A DNA stretch of 50,891 bases, from assembly GCA_009886115.1 (NCBI GenBank), contig VFJJ01000187.1, forward strand, positions 1 to 50,891, given 5' to 3'. Position numbers and translations under genes: made by a program. The notes beneath the pieces were generated by a model. It was given only the letters and a program-made list of their open reading frames with translations, was not told the DNA's origin and did no database searches. Shown in pieces: positions 1 to 9,542 of this stretch. Numbering within the stretch: the first letter of the stretch is position 1; the number at the start of each line of letters is the position of its first letter. The DNA is from Actinomycetota bacterium (GTDB taxonomy: Bacteria > Actinomycetota > Acidimicrobiia > IMCC26256 > VFJJ01).

Positions 1-832
1 CATCGGCGTCGACGCCCGTCCCGTGGGGAATCGAGAGCAGCGGCGGGGGCTCGGCCCGAAGGTCGGGGAACGCGAAGCCTCCCCGGTGAGCCAGGCCGAC
101 CTCGCGGACGAGCTCGGCGACGCCCCACTGGGCATGGACGAGCATGCCCCGCTCGGCCAGCCAGTCGACGGCGGAGCTGCCCGAACGGGGACGGCCGCTG
201 TAACCGCCCATCGCTATCGACCCCGAGATCGCCACGCTGGCAGTGGCGTTCGCGGCCATCCGCTCGAGGAGCACGGCGACCTCGGGGGGAGCTCCGGCGA
301 GGATCTGTTGGACCCGGCCCGAGTCGGCGAAGACATCGGTGACCATGCGCAGGAGGTCGGCCTTCTTGGCCGTCCCCACCACGAGCTCGAGCGCACCGGC
401 GACGTGCTTGAGCTCCTCGACCGTGCGCAGGCCCAGCAGTGCAGCTGCGGGACGCCCGAGACCCGCGGCACCGCTGAGGGCCCTCGGGAGCTCACCGACG
501 AGCTTTACGAGCCGACCGTCGACAGTGACCAGCGCCAGCTCGGCGAGGCGAGCCAGCCCCGCCTCGACCTGGGCCAGCGTGGCTCCCGGGCCGGCCAGCT
601 CGGCAACGGCATCGGGGGTCACCGGTGTGGGAACCAGAGCGACGAGCTCGAGCAGCTGGTGGCTGAACTGATCGAGCCGGCTGAGGCAGCGCAGCTGCGA
701 ACCCCACTGGCTCGCAGCGACAGCCAGCCGATCGAACGTGAGGGGCGGACGAGCCAAGAGGTCGTCGCGCACCTCGAACAATCGCGTCAACGCGGCGTCG
801 TCGAGCTCTCGTAGCTCCGCACTCAATCCCAT
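1..832 (-). CDS. Helicase-associated (XPB partner, Rv0862c-like) protein, N-terminal part; runs off left edge
   Basis: Absent from the ORF track because it has no stop in the window. Manual translation from ATG 832 (GGAGG RBS 6 nt upstream): MGLSAELRELDDAALTRLFEVRDDLLARPP...VDWLAERGMLV...ELVREVGLAHRGG...PDLRAEPPP, resembling actinobacterial helicase-associated proteins. Confidence 0.7.
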   Translation of the reverse strand, partial: MGLSAELRELDDAALTRLFEVRDDLLARPPLTFDRLAVAASQWGSQLRCLSRLDQFSHQLLELVALVPTPVTPDAVAELAGPGATLAQVEAGLARLAELALVTVDGRLVKLVGELPRALSGAAGLGRPAAALLGLRTVEELKHVAGALELVVGTAKKADLLRMVTDVFADSGRVQQILAGAPPEVAVLLERMAANATASVAISGSIAMGGYSGRPRSGSSAVDWLAERGMLVHAQWGVAELVREVGLAHRGGFAFPDLRAEPPPLLSIPHGTGVDAD

Positions 833-960
833 GGTCATCCTCCCAAACTCGCCCGACCCGAGGGTAGCGAGGAATCACCGACGTGTCATTCTCGGGCGGG
901 GCCGGCGCAGCGGGGACGATGCCGGGTGACGAACGGCGACGGGTGCGGGCGGCGGCTGCG

Positions 961-1508
961 TCACCCGGAGTCGGCAGCCAGACCTTCGGCGAAGGAGAGG
1001 ACGTCAGCAACGTCCAATACGCTGCTCGAGATCCGTACCAGCACGTCGTCGGCCCGGCCGTAGACGAGAACGATGGCACCGTCGACATCGAGGACTCGGC
1101 CGGCGCGCCCTCCGATGCTGACCACTTCACCCCCGGTGAGCCCGAAGGCGCCGCCATAGGGGGTGGCGTCGTCGGGGGCGAGGCGCGACAGGCCGGGGCG
1201 GTGCGCGGCCGAGACCGTAGGGACCGTCGCGGGTCGCGTGCCGGCCGGGATGGTCCACGTGCTCGGGAACGAGTCGGCGGGCGGGGGCGGCAACGGCGGG
1301 CACGGGAGCGTTCCCGTGTCTCCGATCGGCCGCACCGGGATCTCAGGGCTTTCGCGCCACACGCACGCGTCGGACGGCGTTGCGTCGTTCAGATCGAGCC
1401 AGACCAGCCGGAGACGACGACGATCGCGTCCCGGCCTCCGTCAGAGCACGCGGCGGCTGCCAACGCCATCGCCAGGCCCGCCACGGCCGGTCCCCATCCG
1501 CGCGTCAC
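961..1508 (-). pseudogene. Putative lipoprotein split by a frameshift near 1390-1440
   Basis: Frame from GTG 1508 encodes a signal peptide with lipobox (…AGLAMALAAAAC-SDGG) and stops at 1389-1391. A different frame is open from 1440 to 961 (RLVWLDLNDATPSDACVWRESPEIP…VLSFAEGLAADSG). Confidence 0.45.
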
Positions 1509-1572
1509 CCTCCCAGTGCGCCCGATCCTGACGGGCCCCGGGGCGCCGGGGAGCACGGAGCAGGGAGCAGGG

Positions 1573-2073
1573 TCAGCGCCGGTCGGCGACGCGCAGGCCG
1601 ACCTGCACCGTGGCGATGACGCAGCCGTCGGGCCCCGCCCGCCACGAGTGCTGCACACCGTTGACGAGCACACAATCGCCGACGTACAGGCGCACGGAAC
1701 CGTTCTCGAGGCCGAGCTCGACGTCGCCGCGAACGACGAGCCCGTAGTCGACGGTGGGCGTGTCGTGCATGGGGGCCTCGAGCCCCGCACCCATCTCGGT
1801 GATGATCCACTTGGTACCCGCGGGCGCCACGTCGAACGACGCCGTATCGATCGACACGGTCGGATCGGCCGAGAGCAGGGCCGGCTCGGCGTCGAGACAC
1901 CAGAGCTCGCTGACGACGGCCTGTCCCGGCCCCGGCGTGGCCTCGGGCGAGCCCCCAGCCACACGTCGCAACGGCGCGTCGATGCGATCGCCTCGGAAGG
2001 CCACCGGCGCGTCGCCGTCGGAGACCACGACCGAGCGGCCATCGGCATCGAAACCCGTCACCACTCGTCGCAC
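1573..2073 (-). CDS. Cupin domain protein
   Basis: MRRVVTGFDADGRSVVVSDG N-terminus; PMHDTPTVDYGLVVRG…GDCVLVNGVQHSW cupin motifs. Confidence 0.88.
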   Translation of the reverse strand: MRRVVTGFDADGRSVVVSDGDAPVAFRGDRIDAPLRRVAGGSPEATPGPGQAVVSELWCLDAEPALLSADPTVSIDTASFDVAPAGTKWIITEMGAGLEAPMHDTPTVDYGLVVRGDVELGLENGSVRLYVGDCVLVNGVQHSWRAGPDGCVIATVQVGLRVADRR

Positions 2074-2172
2074 GTCGACCTCCCTCTCGCTCTCGGCTAC
2101 GGCGCGCGCCCCGTCGCCGCGGGCGCGCCGTCCGGCAAACGTAGCGACCAGCGCCGCACCGGGCTAACCCCT

Positions 2173-2222
2173 CCAACTGTCAGCGTGGCACCTCGGATTC
2201 GGGGTGCCACGCTGACAGTTGG
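2173..2222. repeat. Long palindrome (REP-like hairpin): 20-bp perfect arms
   Basis: CCAACTGTCAGCGTGGCACC-tcg-gatt-cgg-GGTGCCACGCTGACAGTTGG; overlaps the stop codon of the quinone oxidoreductase. Confidence 0.9.
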
Positions 2223-3223
2223 GGTTCGGGGACCACGAGCACCTTGCCCAGCGCCCGCCGGTCGGCGACCTCGGCCAGCGCCACGGCCACGTCGGCGAGC
2301 GGGTGGGTCGAGCTCAGGTGGGGGACGAGCCGACCGGCGGCGAGGTGCTCGATCATTTCGGCGCGGTCGCGGTCCATCAGCGCCGGCGCTCGGTCGCCGA
2401 AGGTGCGCATCTCGAAGCCCTTGATGGTGATGCCCTTGAGCAGCACCAGGTTCAGGGCGATGCGCGGGATCTCGCCCGACGCGAAGCCGACGGTCACGAA
2501 CCGGCTCCCCCATCCCAGGGCCCGCAGCGCCTGCTCGGCCGCCGGCCCGCCCACGGGATCGATCACGACATCGGCGCTGCCCCCGGTGATCTCCTTGATC
2601 CGACCGCGGAGATCGTCGCTCGTGTACTCGATGAGCCCCTCTGCGCCACGTTCTCGGCACAACGCCAGCTTCTCGGGCGACGATGCCGCAGCGATCACCC
2701 GGGCGCCGAGCAGACGGGCCACCTCCACCGCGGCCAGGCCCACACCGCCAGCCGCTCCGAGCACGACCACCCACTCACCCGGCTGCACCTCGGCGACCGA
2801 ACGCAAGGCGTGGTAGGCGGTGGAGTGGGCCACCCAGAACGCCGCGGCGAGGCTCAGGTCGACCCCGTCAGGAACAGCCACGAGTCCCGAGGCCGACGCC
2901 ACGACGTACTCGGCGAAGGCGCCGTTCATCGCCGCGCCCAGCACCCGGTCGCCGACGGCAGCAGCACTGACACCTTCACCCACCGCGTCGACGACACCGG
3001 CGAACTCGCTTCCGGGCACGAACGGCGTGGGGACCGAGACCTGGTACTTGTCGGCGATCAGGAGCACGTCGGGGAAGTTGACCGCCGCTGCGGCGACGCG
3101 CACCAGCACCTGGCCCCGGCCCGGCTCGGGGACGGGGATCTCGTCGATCGTCAGCGTTTCGGGCGGTCCGTACGCGTGGCAGACGGCGGCACGCATCATG
3201 GTGCGACGACCTCTCGCCGTCAT
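2180..3223 (-). CDS. NADPH:quinone oxidoreductase (MDR family)
   Basis: MRAAVCHAYGPPE, VNFPD, PFVPGSEFAG, GAAGGVGLAAV, GKVLV. The start at 3223 overlaps the upstream stop (ATGA); alternative starts at 3199/3196. Confidence 0.9.
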   Translation of the reverse strand: MTARGRRTMMRAAVCHAYGPPETLTIDEIPVPEPGRGQVLVRVAAAAVNFPDVLLIADKYQVSVPTPFVPGSEFAGVVDAVGEGVSAAAVGDRVLGAAMNGAFAEYVVASASGLVAVPDGVDLSLAAAFWVAHSTAYHALRSVAEVQPGEWVVVLGAAGGVGLAAVEVARLLGARVIAAASSPEKLALCRERGAEGLIEYTSDDLRGRIKEITGGSADVVIDPVGGPAAEQALRALGWGSRFVTVGFASGEIPRIALNLVLLKGITIKGFEMRTFGDRAPALMDRDRAEMIEHLAAGRLVPHLSSTHPLADVAVALAEVADRRALGKVLVVPEPQLSAWHPESEVPR

Positions 3224-4008
3224 CGGCCCGCCCAGCGCGGCGCTCGGCGCTCGGCGAAGGCCGTGGCGCCCTCGACGGCGTCGGCGCTGGCGAACACAGG
3301 ACCGGCGACCTCGGAGATCCGGTCCCACGGCAGCGCCCCGATCGACTCCCACATCAGTCGCTTCGTGGCCTGCACGGCCAAGGGCCCGTTGGCTGCGATG
3401 CGCCGAGCGAGGTCGAGGGCCACGTCGATCAGGTCTGCGGCGGACACGACCCGGTTGACGAGCCCGAGCTCGAGCGCTCGACGAGCGTCGATCTGCTCGC
3501 CCGTGAGCCCCATCTCGAGCGCGACGGCGAGCGGGAGCCGACGGGGCAGCTCGGTCCCGCCGCCGCCGGCCAGGAGACCCCGGCTCACCTCGGGCAGCCC
3601 GAAGCGGGCGTGCTCGGCGGCCACGACGAGGTCGCAGGCCAGCACGAGCTCGAAGCCGCCCCCGACCGCGATGCCGTTGACCGCGGCGATGACCGGCTTG
3701 GCGAAGCCTCCCCGGGTGAGCAGCTCCAGCCCCGAATGATCGGCCTCAGCCTGGGTCTCGCGCGCCCCGGCTCCGGCCCCGGCCTGGGTCTCGCGCGCCT
3801 CGGCGAAGGCCTTGAGGTCCATGCCGGCGCTGAAGACCCGCTCGCCGGCGCCGGTGAGCACGACCGCGCCAACGGTGTCGTCGCCGGCGGCGCGGCGGAA
3901 CGCGGCGCCGATCGCTGCCGCGGTGGGCCCGTCGAACGAGTTGGCCCGCTCGGGTCGGTTCAACCGCACGAGGGCCACCCCGCCGTGAAGCTCGTAGTCG
4001 ACGCCCAT
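3220..4008 (-). CDS. Enoyl-CoA hydratase/isomerase family protein
   Basis: LNRPERANS, FSAGMDLK, KPVIAAVNGIAVGGGFEL, FGLPEVSRG crotonase motifs. Confidence 0.93.
   Translation of the reverse strand: MGVDYELHGGVALVRLNRPERANSFDGPTAAAIGAAFRRAAGDDTVGAVVLTGAGERVFSAGMDLKAFAEARETQAGAGAGARETQAEADHSGLELLTRGGFAKPVIAAVNGIAVGGGFELVLACDLVVAAEHARFGLPEVSRGLLAGGGGTELPRRLPLAVALEMGLTGEQIDARRALELGLVNRVVSAADLIDVALDLARRIAANGPLAVQATKRLMWESIGALPWDRISEVAGPVFASADAVEGATAFAERRAPRWAGR
3749..3799. repeat. 18-bp direct repeat (33-bp period) inside the enoyl-CoA hydratase
   Basis: gcctgggtctcgcgcgcc at 3749-3766 and 3782-3799; encodes ARETQA-GAGAG-ARETQA. Confidence 0.85.
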
Positions 4009-5219
4009 CAGCTGTCCCCCCTTGGGTTTTCACGGTGCGCGCTGGCTCCCGCGCCGGCACCGGCCCGCTTGATGATCCGGCGGGCGATCGACCACCTGTG
4101 CACCTCCGACGGCCCGTCGTAGATACGGAAGGCCCTGATGTCACGGAAGATGCGGGCCACGACCGTGTCGTCGGTGACGCCGAGGCCACCGAGGATCTGC
4201 AGGCTGCGATCGGCGACACGCCAGACGGCTTCCGAGCACACGGTCTTGGCCACGCTCGACGCCTCGTTCCCCCGATCACCCTGGTCGAGCATCCACGCCG
4301 TGTGCCAGATGTGCAGGCGCGCGGTCTGCAGGTCGATCTCGTTGTCGGCCAGCATGAACCCGACCCCCTCGTGGGCGCCGAGCACCTGTCCGAACGCCTG
4401 ACGCCGAGCGGCGTACTCGGCTGCGATGTCATGAGCTCGACGGGCTGCGCCGAGCCACCGCATGCAGTGCGTCAGCCGGGCCGGGGCCAGGCGAACCTGC
4501 GCGTACCGGAACCCGGCGCCCGCCTCGCCGAGCACGGCGTCCACCGGCACACGCATGTTCTCGAAGCGCAACACGCCATGGCCGCCCGTGAACGACGAGT
4601 CGAGCGTGTCGAGCGTGCGCTCGTACACGAAGCCCGGGGTGTCGGTGGGCACGAGGAGCATCGTGGCGCCGTCACCCTCCTTGACCATCACGATCGCGAC
4701 GGCCGCGCCTTCGGCGCCCGTGATGAGCCACTTGCGGCCGTCGACCACGTACTCGTCACCGTCACGGACGGCCGTCGTCAGCATCATCGACGGATCGGAA
4801 CCCGCACCCGGGCTGGGCTCGGTCATGGCGAAGCAGGTCCGAATCTCACCCGCCGCATGGGGGCGCAACCATCGCTCCTTCTGGGCGTCTGTGGCCACGT
4901 GCTCGAGCAGATGGGCGTTGCCCTCGTCGGGTGCCGCGACGTTCATGGCCACGGGGCCGAGCATCGAGTACCCCGCTTCCTCGAACACCAGCGCCCGTCC
5001 GATCTGGCTGAGCCCGAGCCCCCCGTAGCTCGGCGACACATGGGGCGACAGGAGCCCAGCAGAACGGGCGTGGCCCACGAGCTCGGACCGCAGCTCATCG
5101 GTCGGCCCGTGGGCGCCCCACCGCGGGTCGGCCTCGTACGGGATCACCGTCGCCCGCACGAAGGCGGCGGTCCGCTCGGCAACTTCACGGATCGCAAGGT
5201 CGGGGCTGAAGTCGATCAC
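4008..5219 (-). CDS. Acyl-CoA dehydrogenase
   Basis: APDEGN, CFAMTEP..GAGSD, GRKWLITGA, ARLTHCMR, FRIYDGPSEVH. GTG 5219 follows a GAGG RBS. Confidence 0.93.
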   Translation of the reverse strand: MIDFSPDLAIREVAERTAAFVRATVIPYEADPRWGAHGPTDELRSELVGHARSAGLLSPHVSPSYGGLGLSQIGRALVFEEAGYSMLGPVAMNVAAPDEGNAHLLEHVATDAQKERWLRPHAAGEIRTCFAMTEPSPGAGSDPSMMLTTAVRDGDEYVVDGRKWLITGAEGAAVAIVMVKEGDGATMLLVPTDTPGFVYERTLDTLDSSFTGGHGVLRFENMRVPVDAVLGEAGAGFRYAQVRLAPARLTHCMRWLGAARRAHDIAAEYAARRQAFGQVLGAHEGVGFMLADNEIDLQTARLHIWHTAWMLDQGDRGNEASSVAKTVCSEAVWRVADRSLQILGGLGVTDDTVVARIFRDIRAFRIYDGPSEVHRWSIARRIIKRAGAGAGASAHRENPRGDS

Positions 5220-5358
5220 GGGCTCACCTCGACCGCGCCGGCTCGGACGGTCTGTGTCGTGCATCGGGACGGGCTGGCCAGGCGACGCCCGTGGGGAACG
5301 ACCGATGCTACGGCCGGCATCGGCCGAGCGACCGGCCCGGGGCGCGAGACTCTGATCT

Positions 5359-6756
5359 GTGAGCGAGCCCCACCTTGAAGCACTGGCCTGGGCTGAGCCC
5401 TACCCCTACTGGTACGACGACGTCGATGAGCCCGACGCCAACGACACGCTGGTGCGCACCGAAGCATGTGACCTGTGCATCGTCGGCGGCGGGTACACCG
5501 GTCTGTGGACCGCCATCATCGCCAAGGAGCGCGACCCGTCCCGCGACGTCGTGCTCATCGAGGGCGACACCTGTGGATTCGGAGCGTCGGGCCGCAACGG
5601 TGGTTTCGTGGATGCCAGCCTGACCCACGGGATCGCCAATGGGGAAGCACGCTTTCCCAGGGAGCTGGCCCAGCTCGAGCGGCTTGGCCTCGCCAATCTC
5701 GACGGCATCGAAGCGGCCATCACCCGCTACGCCATCGACTGCGACTTCGAACGCACCGGTGTCATCGATGTCGCCACCACCGAGCACTATGTGTCCGAGT
5801 TACGTGACGACCAGACGTTGCTGCGATCGCTTGGCCAGGACGTCGAGCTGCTCGACCGCGACGCCATGCACGCGCAGGTGCACTCGCCCACCTATCACGG
5901 TGGCCTGTGGCGCAAGGATCGAGCCGCGCTCGTCGACCCGGCCCGGCTGGCGTGGGGCCTCAAGGCCGCGGCGCAACAGCTCGGCGTGCGCATCTACGAG
6001 CACACCAAAGCCACCGACCTCGAGCGTGACGGTGTGGGCGTGATGGTCACCACCCCGTTCGGACGTGTCAGAGCCGCCCGCGTCGCCCTGTGCACCAATG
6101 CTTTCCCGCCGCTGCTGCACAAGATGAAGCGCTACGTGATCCCCGTCTACGACTACTGCATGGTCACCGAGCCGCTCACCGCCGAGCAGCTCGCCAGCAT
6201 CGGCTGGGCGAATCGCCAAGGCCTGTCAGACACCAACAACCAGTTTCACTACTACCGCCTGACCCAGGACAACCGCATCCTCTGGGGCGGTTACGACGCG
6301 GTGTATTACTTCGCCAGCAAGGTGCGCTCGGAGTTCGAGACCCGTCCCGAGACCTGGGTCAAGCTCTCCGAGCACTTCTTCACGGCCTTCCCCCAACTCG
6401 AGGGCATCCACTTCACGAACGTGTGGGGTGGGGCGATCGACACCTGTACCCGCTATTGCGTGTTCTGGGATACGGCCATGCACGGACGGGTCGCCTACGC
6501 GCTCGGCTACACCGGCCTCGGCGTGGGCTCGACCCGTTTCGGCGCCGAGGTGCTCGTCGATCTGCTCGACGGTCGCCGCACCGAGCGCACCGATCTCGAC
6601 TTCGTGAAGGATCAGCCCATCCCCTGGCCGCCGGAGCCCTTCCGATTCGTAGGCATCCAGCTCACCCGCTGGGCGCTCAACCGGGAAGACAAGAGCGGCA
6701 AGCGCAACCTGTGGCTGCGCGGCCTCGACAAGATGGGCCTCGGATTCGACTCGTGA
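5359..6756 (+). CDS. FAD-dependent oxidoreductase (PuuB/DadA family)
   Basis: IVGGGYTGLW dinucleotide motif, GASGRNGGF, YYRLT.DNRILWGG, GYTGLGVG. Confidence 0.9.
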   Translation: MSEPHLEALAWAEPYPYWYDDVDEPDANDTLVRTEACDLCIVGGGYTGLWTAIIAKERDPSRDVVLIEGDTCGFGASGRNGGFVDASLTHGIANGEARFPRELAQLERLGLANLDGIEAAITRYAIDCDFERTGVIDVATTEHYVSELRDDQTLLRSLGQDVELLDRDAMHAQVHSPTYHGGLWRKDRAALVDPARLAWGLKAAAQQLGVRIYEHTKATDLERDGVGVMVTTPFGRVRAARVALCTNAFPPLLHKMKRYVIPVYDYCMVTEPLTAEQLASIGWANRQGLSDTNNQFHYYRLTQDNRILWGGYDAVYYFASKVRSEFETRPETWVKLSEHFFTAFPQLEGIHFTNVWGGAIDTCTRYCVFWDTAMHGRVAYALGYTGLGVGSTRFGAEVLVDLLDGRRTERTDLDFVKDQPIPWPPEPFRFVGIQLTRWALNREDKSGKRNLWLRGLDKMGLGFDS

Positions 6757-6802
6757 GCCCGCGCGGGCCGGTCGCACCCCCACGAACCGTCCCACTCCCA
6801 CG

Positions 6803-6849
6803 AAATGTGCGCGGAAATGCTCACCCGGTGCGCATTTCAGCGCACATTT
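6803..6849. repeat. Imperfect palindrome (REP-like or bidirectional terminator) between convergent genes
   Basis: AAATGTGCGC-G-GAAATGC-T-CAC-ccg-GTG-C-GCATTTC-A-GCGCACATTT; 22-bp stem with 2 mismatches. Confidence 0.8.
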
Positions 6850-6863
6850 GGGCGGGCTCGGCC

Positions 6864-7664
6864 TCAGCCGGCCTCGTCGGCCTGCTCGGCCAACTTGGCC
6901 AACTTGAGCACGGCGAACGTGGCACCGTCAGGGTCGATCAGCACGGCGAAACGGCCGGGCGGGATGTCGGTTGGAGGCACCATGACCGTCCCGCCGAGCG
7001 CGGTACAGCGAGCCGCGGTGGCGTCGGCATCGTCGACGGCGAAGTAGACCATCCAGTGCGGCGGAACCTGGGGCGGGTACTCGTCGCCCATCTCCATCAT
7101 GCCGCCGATCGAGCTGCCGTCGGCCAGCTTCCACTCGGTGTAGGCCATCTCGTCCATCGGAATGGTGTCGCCCGTCCAGGCGAACACGGAGCCGTAGAAC
7201 GCCTTGGCCGCCTCGATGTCCCGGGTGGCCAGCTCGTTCCAGCACAGCGTGTTGGGCTCGTTCACGAGACGAGCACCGGCGTGCGCCCAGGGCTGCCAGA
7301 TGGCGAACACAGCGCCACCGGTGTCCATCAGCACGGCCATGCGGCCGACGTCGAGGATGTCCATCGGGGGCATCCGCACGGTCCCGCCGGCGTCGGCCGC
7401 CAGCTTCGCGGACGCGTCGGCGTTTGCGACGGAGACGTAGGTCGTCCACACCGTGGGCTGATCGGGGTTCATCTTCGCCCCGACCCCGGCCACGGGAAGC
7501 CCGTTGACCTCCATCATCGTGTAGCCGCCCGCCTCGGGCATGGGTGCAACCGAAGCCGTCCAACCGAACAGGCTGCTGTAGAAGGCGGCCGCGGCCACCG
7601 GATCGGGGCTCCCCAGATCGACCCAGGACGGGGTTCCCGGTGCGTACGACGTGCGCTCGACCAT
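6864..7664 (-). CDS. VOC/glyoxalase family protein (Cfp32-like, two domains)
   Basis: YAPGTPSWVDL…FYSSLFGW; second domain WNELATRD…FYGSVFAW; DPDGATF. ATG 7664 follows a GGAGG RBS. Confidence 0.92.
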   Translation of the reverse strand: MVERTSYAPGTPSWVDLGSPDPVAAAAFYSSLFGWTASVAPMPEAGGYTMMEVNGLPVAGVGAKMNPDQPTVWTTYVSVANADASAKLAADAGGTVRMPPMDILDVGRMAVLMDTGGAVFAIWQPWAHAGARLVNEPNTLCWNELATRDIEAAKAFYGSVFAWTGDTIPMDEMAYTEWKLADGSSIGGMMEMGDEYPPQVPPHWMVYFAVDDADATAARCTALGGTVMVPPTDIPPGRFAVLIDPDGATFAVLKLAKLAEQADEAG

Positions 7665-7784
7665 GATGGCCTCCAAGGGCTCTATGGCATCGCTCGGATG
7701 CGCTCAACGTAGGTCGCGGCGGAGGGTACGTCCAGGGTTCGACCACGCCACGACGGCGGGCCCACGACAATCCTTGACCTCTGG

Positions 7785-9434
7785 TCAGCCGGCGCCGGGA
7801 GCTCCCCGTTCGGAACGGGGGTTGCCGGCCCGGTCCGTCGACACGTCGACGGCGGTGATGCCGGAGGGCACCGGGATCGGCGTTTCGTCCCAGACCAGAT
7901 CGGGGACGGGAACCGCAGCCGGGAGAGCTGTTCGCGACTCGGCGCTGAGCGAGTAGTCGCCATGTGCAGGGTCACGGAGGACGGGCTCAACGGTGTTGAC
8001 GGCGTTACCCGAGCGAATCCCGGTCTCGCTGCACGTCGAGCTCGACTCGGGACACCCGTCCCCGGTTCCGAGCACGTGATCGACGGGCCCGTTCCAGAGC
8101 ACGTTGCCTTCGATGCGGAGGTCGTCGTCGGCCAATGAGGGCGACGGGACGCCGCTCGACGATGGCGGCTCGAGCGGCCCGTCGACCTGGAGATGCTGCC
8201 ATTGCGACTGCGCCCCCGCGGGGTTCACGATCACGTTGTTGACGAAGTACACGTGGCGGTTCGGGATCAGAGCCTCCTCGCCGGCAGTCGAGCCCCAGCC
8301 GCCCGCGTCGTGATGTGCAGCGCAGACGTCGAGCGTGCCATCGCAGCCTCGCCGGCCGTGCACGAACTCCACCACGTGGCTGCGCGTACCGACCGAGTAC
8401 AGGGTGTTGTAGGCCAGCACGACGTTGAAGCCGCCGGCGACACCGAGACCCGCACCCTCGGTGTCGTGCACGACGTTGTTCACGATGGCGATCCCGTATG
8501 CCTCGTAGTTCAGCCACGGCGCGGTCATGAACTCGAAGCCGGTTCCTTGGCCGGCAGAGATCCCACCGGTCCCACAATCGAAGACCTCGTTGCCGGAGAA
8601 GGTCAGGTACGCGCTTCCCCCCTTGGCGTAGAGGCACCAGTCCTGTGCGTCGTGGATCCGGCTGCCCTTGACGTGGCCGTACTGCACGGCGACGAAATCG
8701 ATCGCGTTGTCCTGGGCTCCGTGGATGTCGGAGGACTCGATGTAGATGTGCTGCGACTGGTTGATCTTCACGGTCTCGTGGGCCTCGGAGCCACCCGAGA
8801 GCTCGACGTCACGGAGGAGGATGTGGTCGCACTGCTCGCAGTGGAACGTGTCGCCCTCACGGATGATGTCGACACCGAGGAGCGCGAAGTGACTCACGCC
8901 GAACATGTTGATGTCGGCCTCGAACACCGCCGTGTGGAGACCGTCGGCCGCCTCGATGATGATCGGCGCTTCGGCTGTGCCGTGACGGTCTTCCCAGTAG
9001 GTGACCGAGCCCTCGACGGGGTAGGAGCCGGCGACGAGCCGAAGGCGGTAACCAGTTTCGAGCTCGACGCCCGACGGGACCAGGCGCCAGGCCGCGTCGA
9101 TGGTTTGGAGCGCGCTCGACCGCTCGCGGCCGTCGTTGGCGTCGTCACCGTTGTCGGGATCGACCCAGATGTCGAGGCCGCTGAACTCGCCGAGCTCGTA
9201 GGCCCCGCTGACCTGTCCCGGCTCCACTGATCCCGCTCCCGACTGGTTCGGCGCTCCGGCCGCTCCATCGTCGGCCCCGGAGTCGTCGACACCCGCCTCA
9301 GTGCTGGAATCCGAACGGTCTGTCGTCGCTTCGACGTCAGACCCTTCGGCCGCCGTCGAGGAGCTCTCGTTCCCACAGGCCGAGATCAACAGCGCGCCGA
9401 CCGCTATCGCCGCCCACACCTTCGAGATACGCAT
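7785..9434 (-). CDS. Lipoprotein with right-handed parallel beta-helix repeats
   Basis: Lipobox LLISA-C, Ser/Asp-rich linker, WVDPDNGDDANDG, repeated beta-helix strands (IESSDIHG, VKGSRIHD, FSGNEVFD, IVNNVVHD). Confidence 0.8.
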   Translation of the reverse strand: MRISKVWAAIAVGALLISACGNESSSTAAEGSDVEATTDRSDSSTEAGVDDSGADDGAAGAPNQSGAGSVEPGQVSGAYELGEFSGLDIWVDPDNGDDANDGRERSSALQTIDAAWRLVPSGVELETGYRLRLVAGSYPVEGSVTYWEDRHGTAEAPIIIEAADGLHTAVFEADINMFGVSHFALLGVDIIREGDTFHCEQCDHILLRDVELSGGSEAHETVKINQSQHIYIESSDIHGAQDNAIDFVAVQYGHVKGSRIHDAQDWCLYAKGGSAYLTFSGNEVFDCGTGGISAGQGTGFEFMTAPWLNYEAYGIAIVNNVVHDTEGAGLGVAGGFNVVLAYNTLYSVGTRSHVVEFVHGRRGCDGTLDVCAAHHDAGGWGSTAGEEALIPNRHVYFVNNVIVNPAGAQSQWQHLQVDGPLEPPSSSGVPSPSLADDDLRIEGNVLWNGPVDHVLGTGDGCPESSSTCSETGIRSGNAVNTVEPVLRDPAHGDYSLSAESRTALPAAVPVPDLVWDETPIPVPSGITAVDVSTDRAGNPRSERGAPGAG

Positions 9435-9542
9435 TCGTGCTCCCACTCGCCACACCGAGCACTCGGGTCATCGTTCGATGTCGGCGCCAGGCCCAGATAG
9501 GTAAGTGAGGTCGCGTCTGGAACCCGTCCCTATCCTGGGCTC

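Noticed and set aside
1389..1391. TGA readthrough (selenocysteine) in the split lipoprotein
   Set aside because: The downstream coding part is in a different frame, so readthrough would not join the two parts.
23..2424. Plus-strand ORFs 23..814 and 883..2424
   Set aside because: Antisense shadows of recognisable minus-strand genes; no family motifs.
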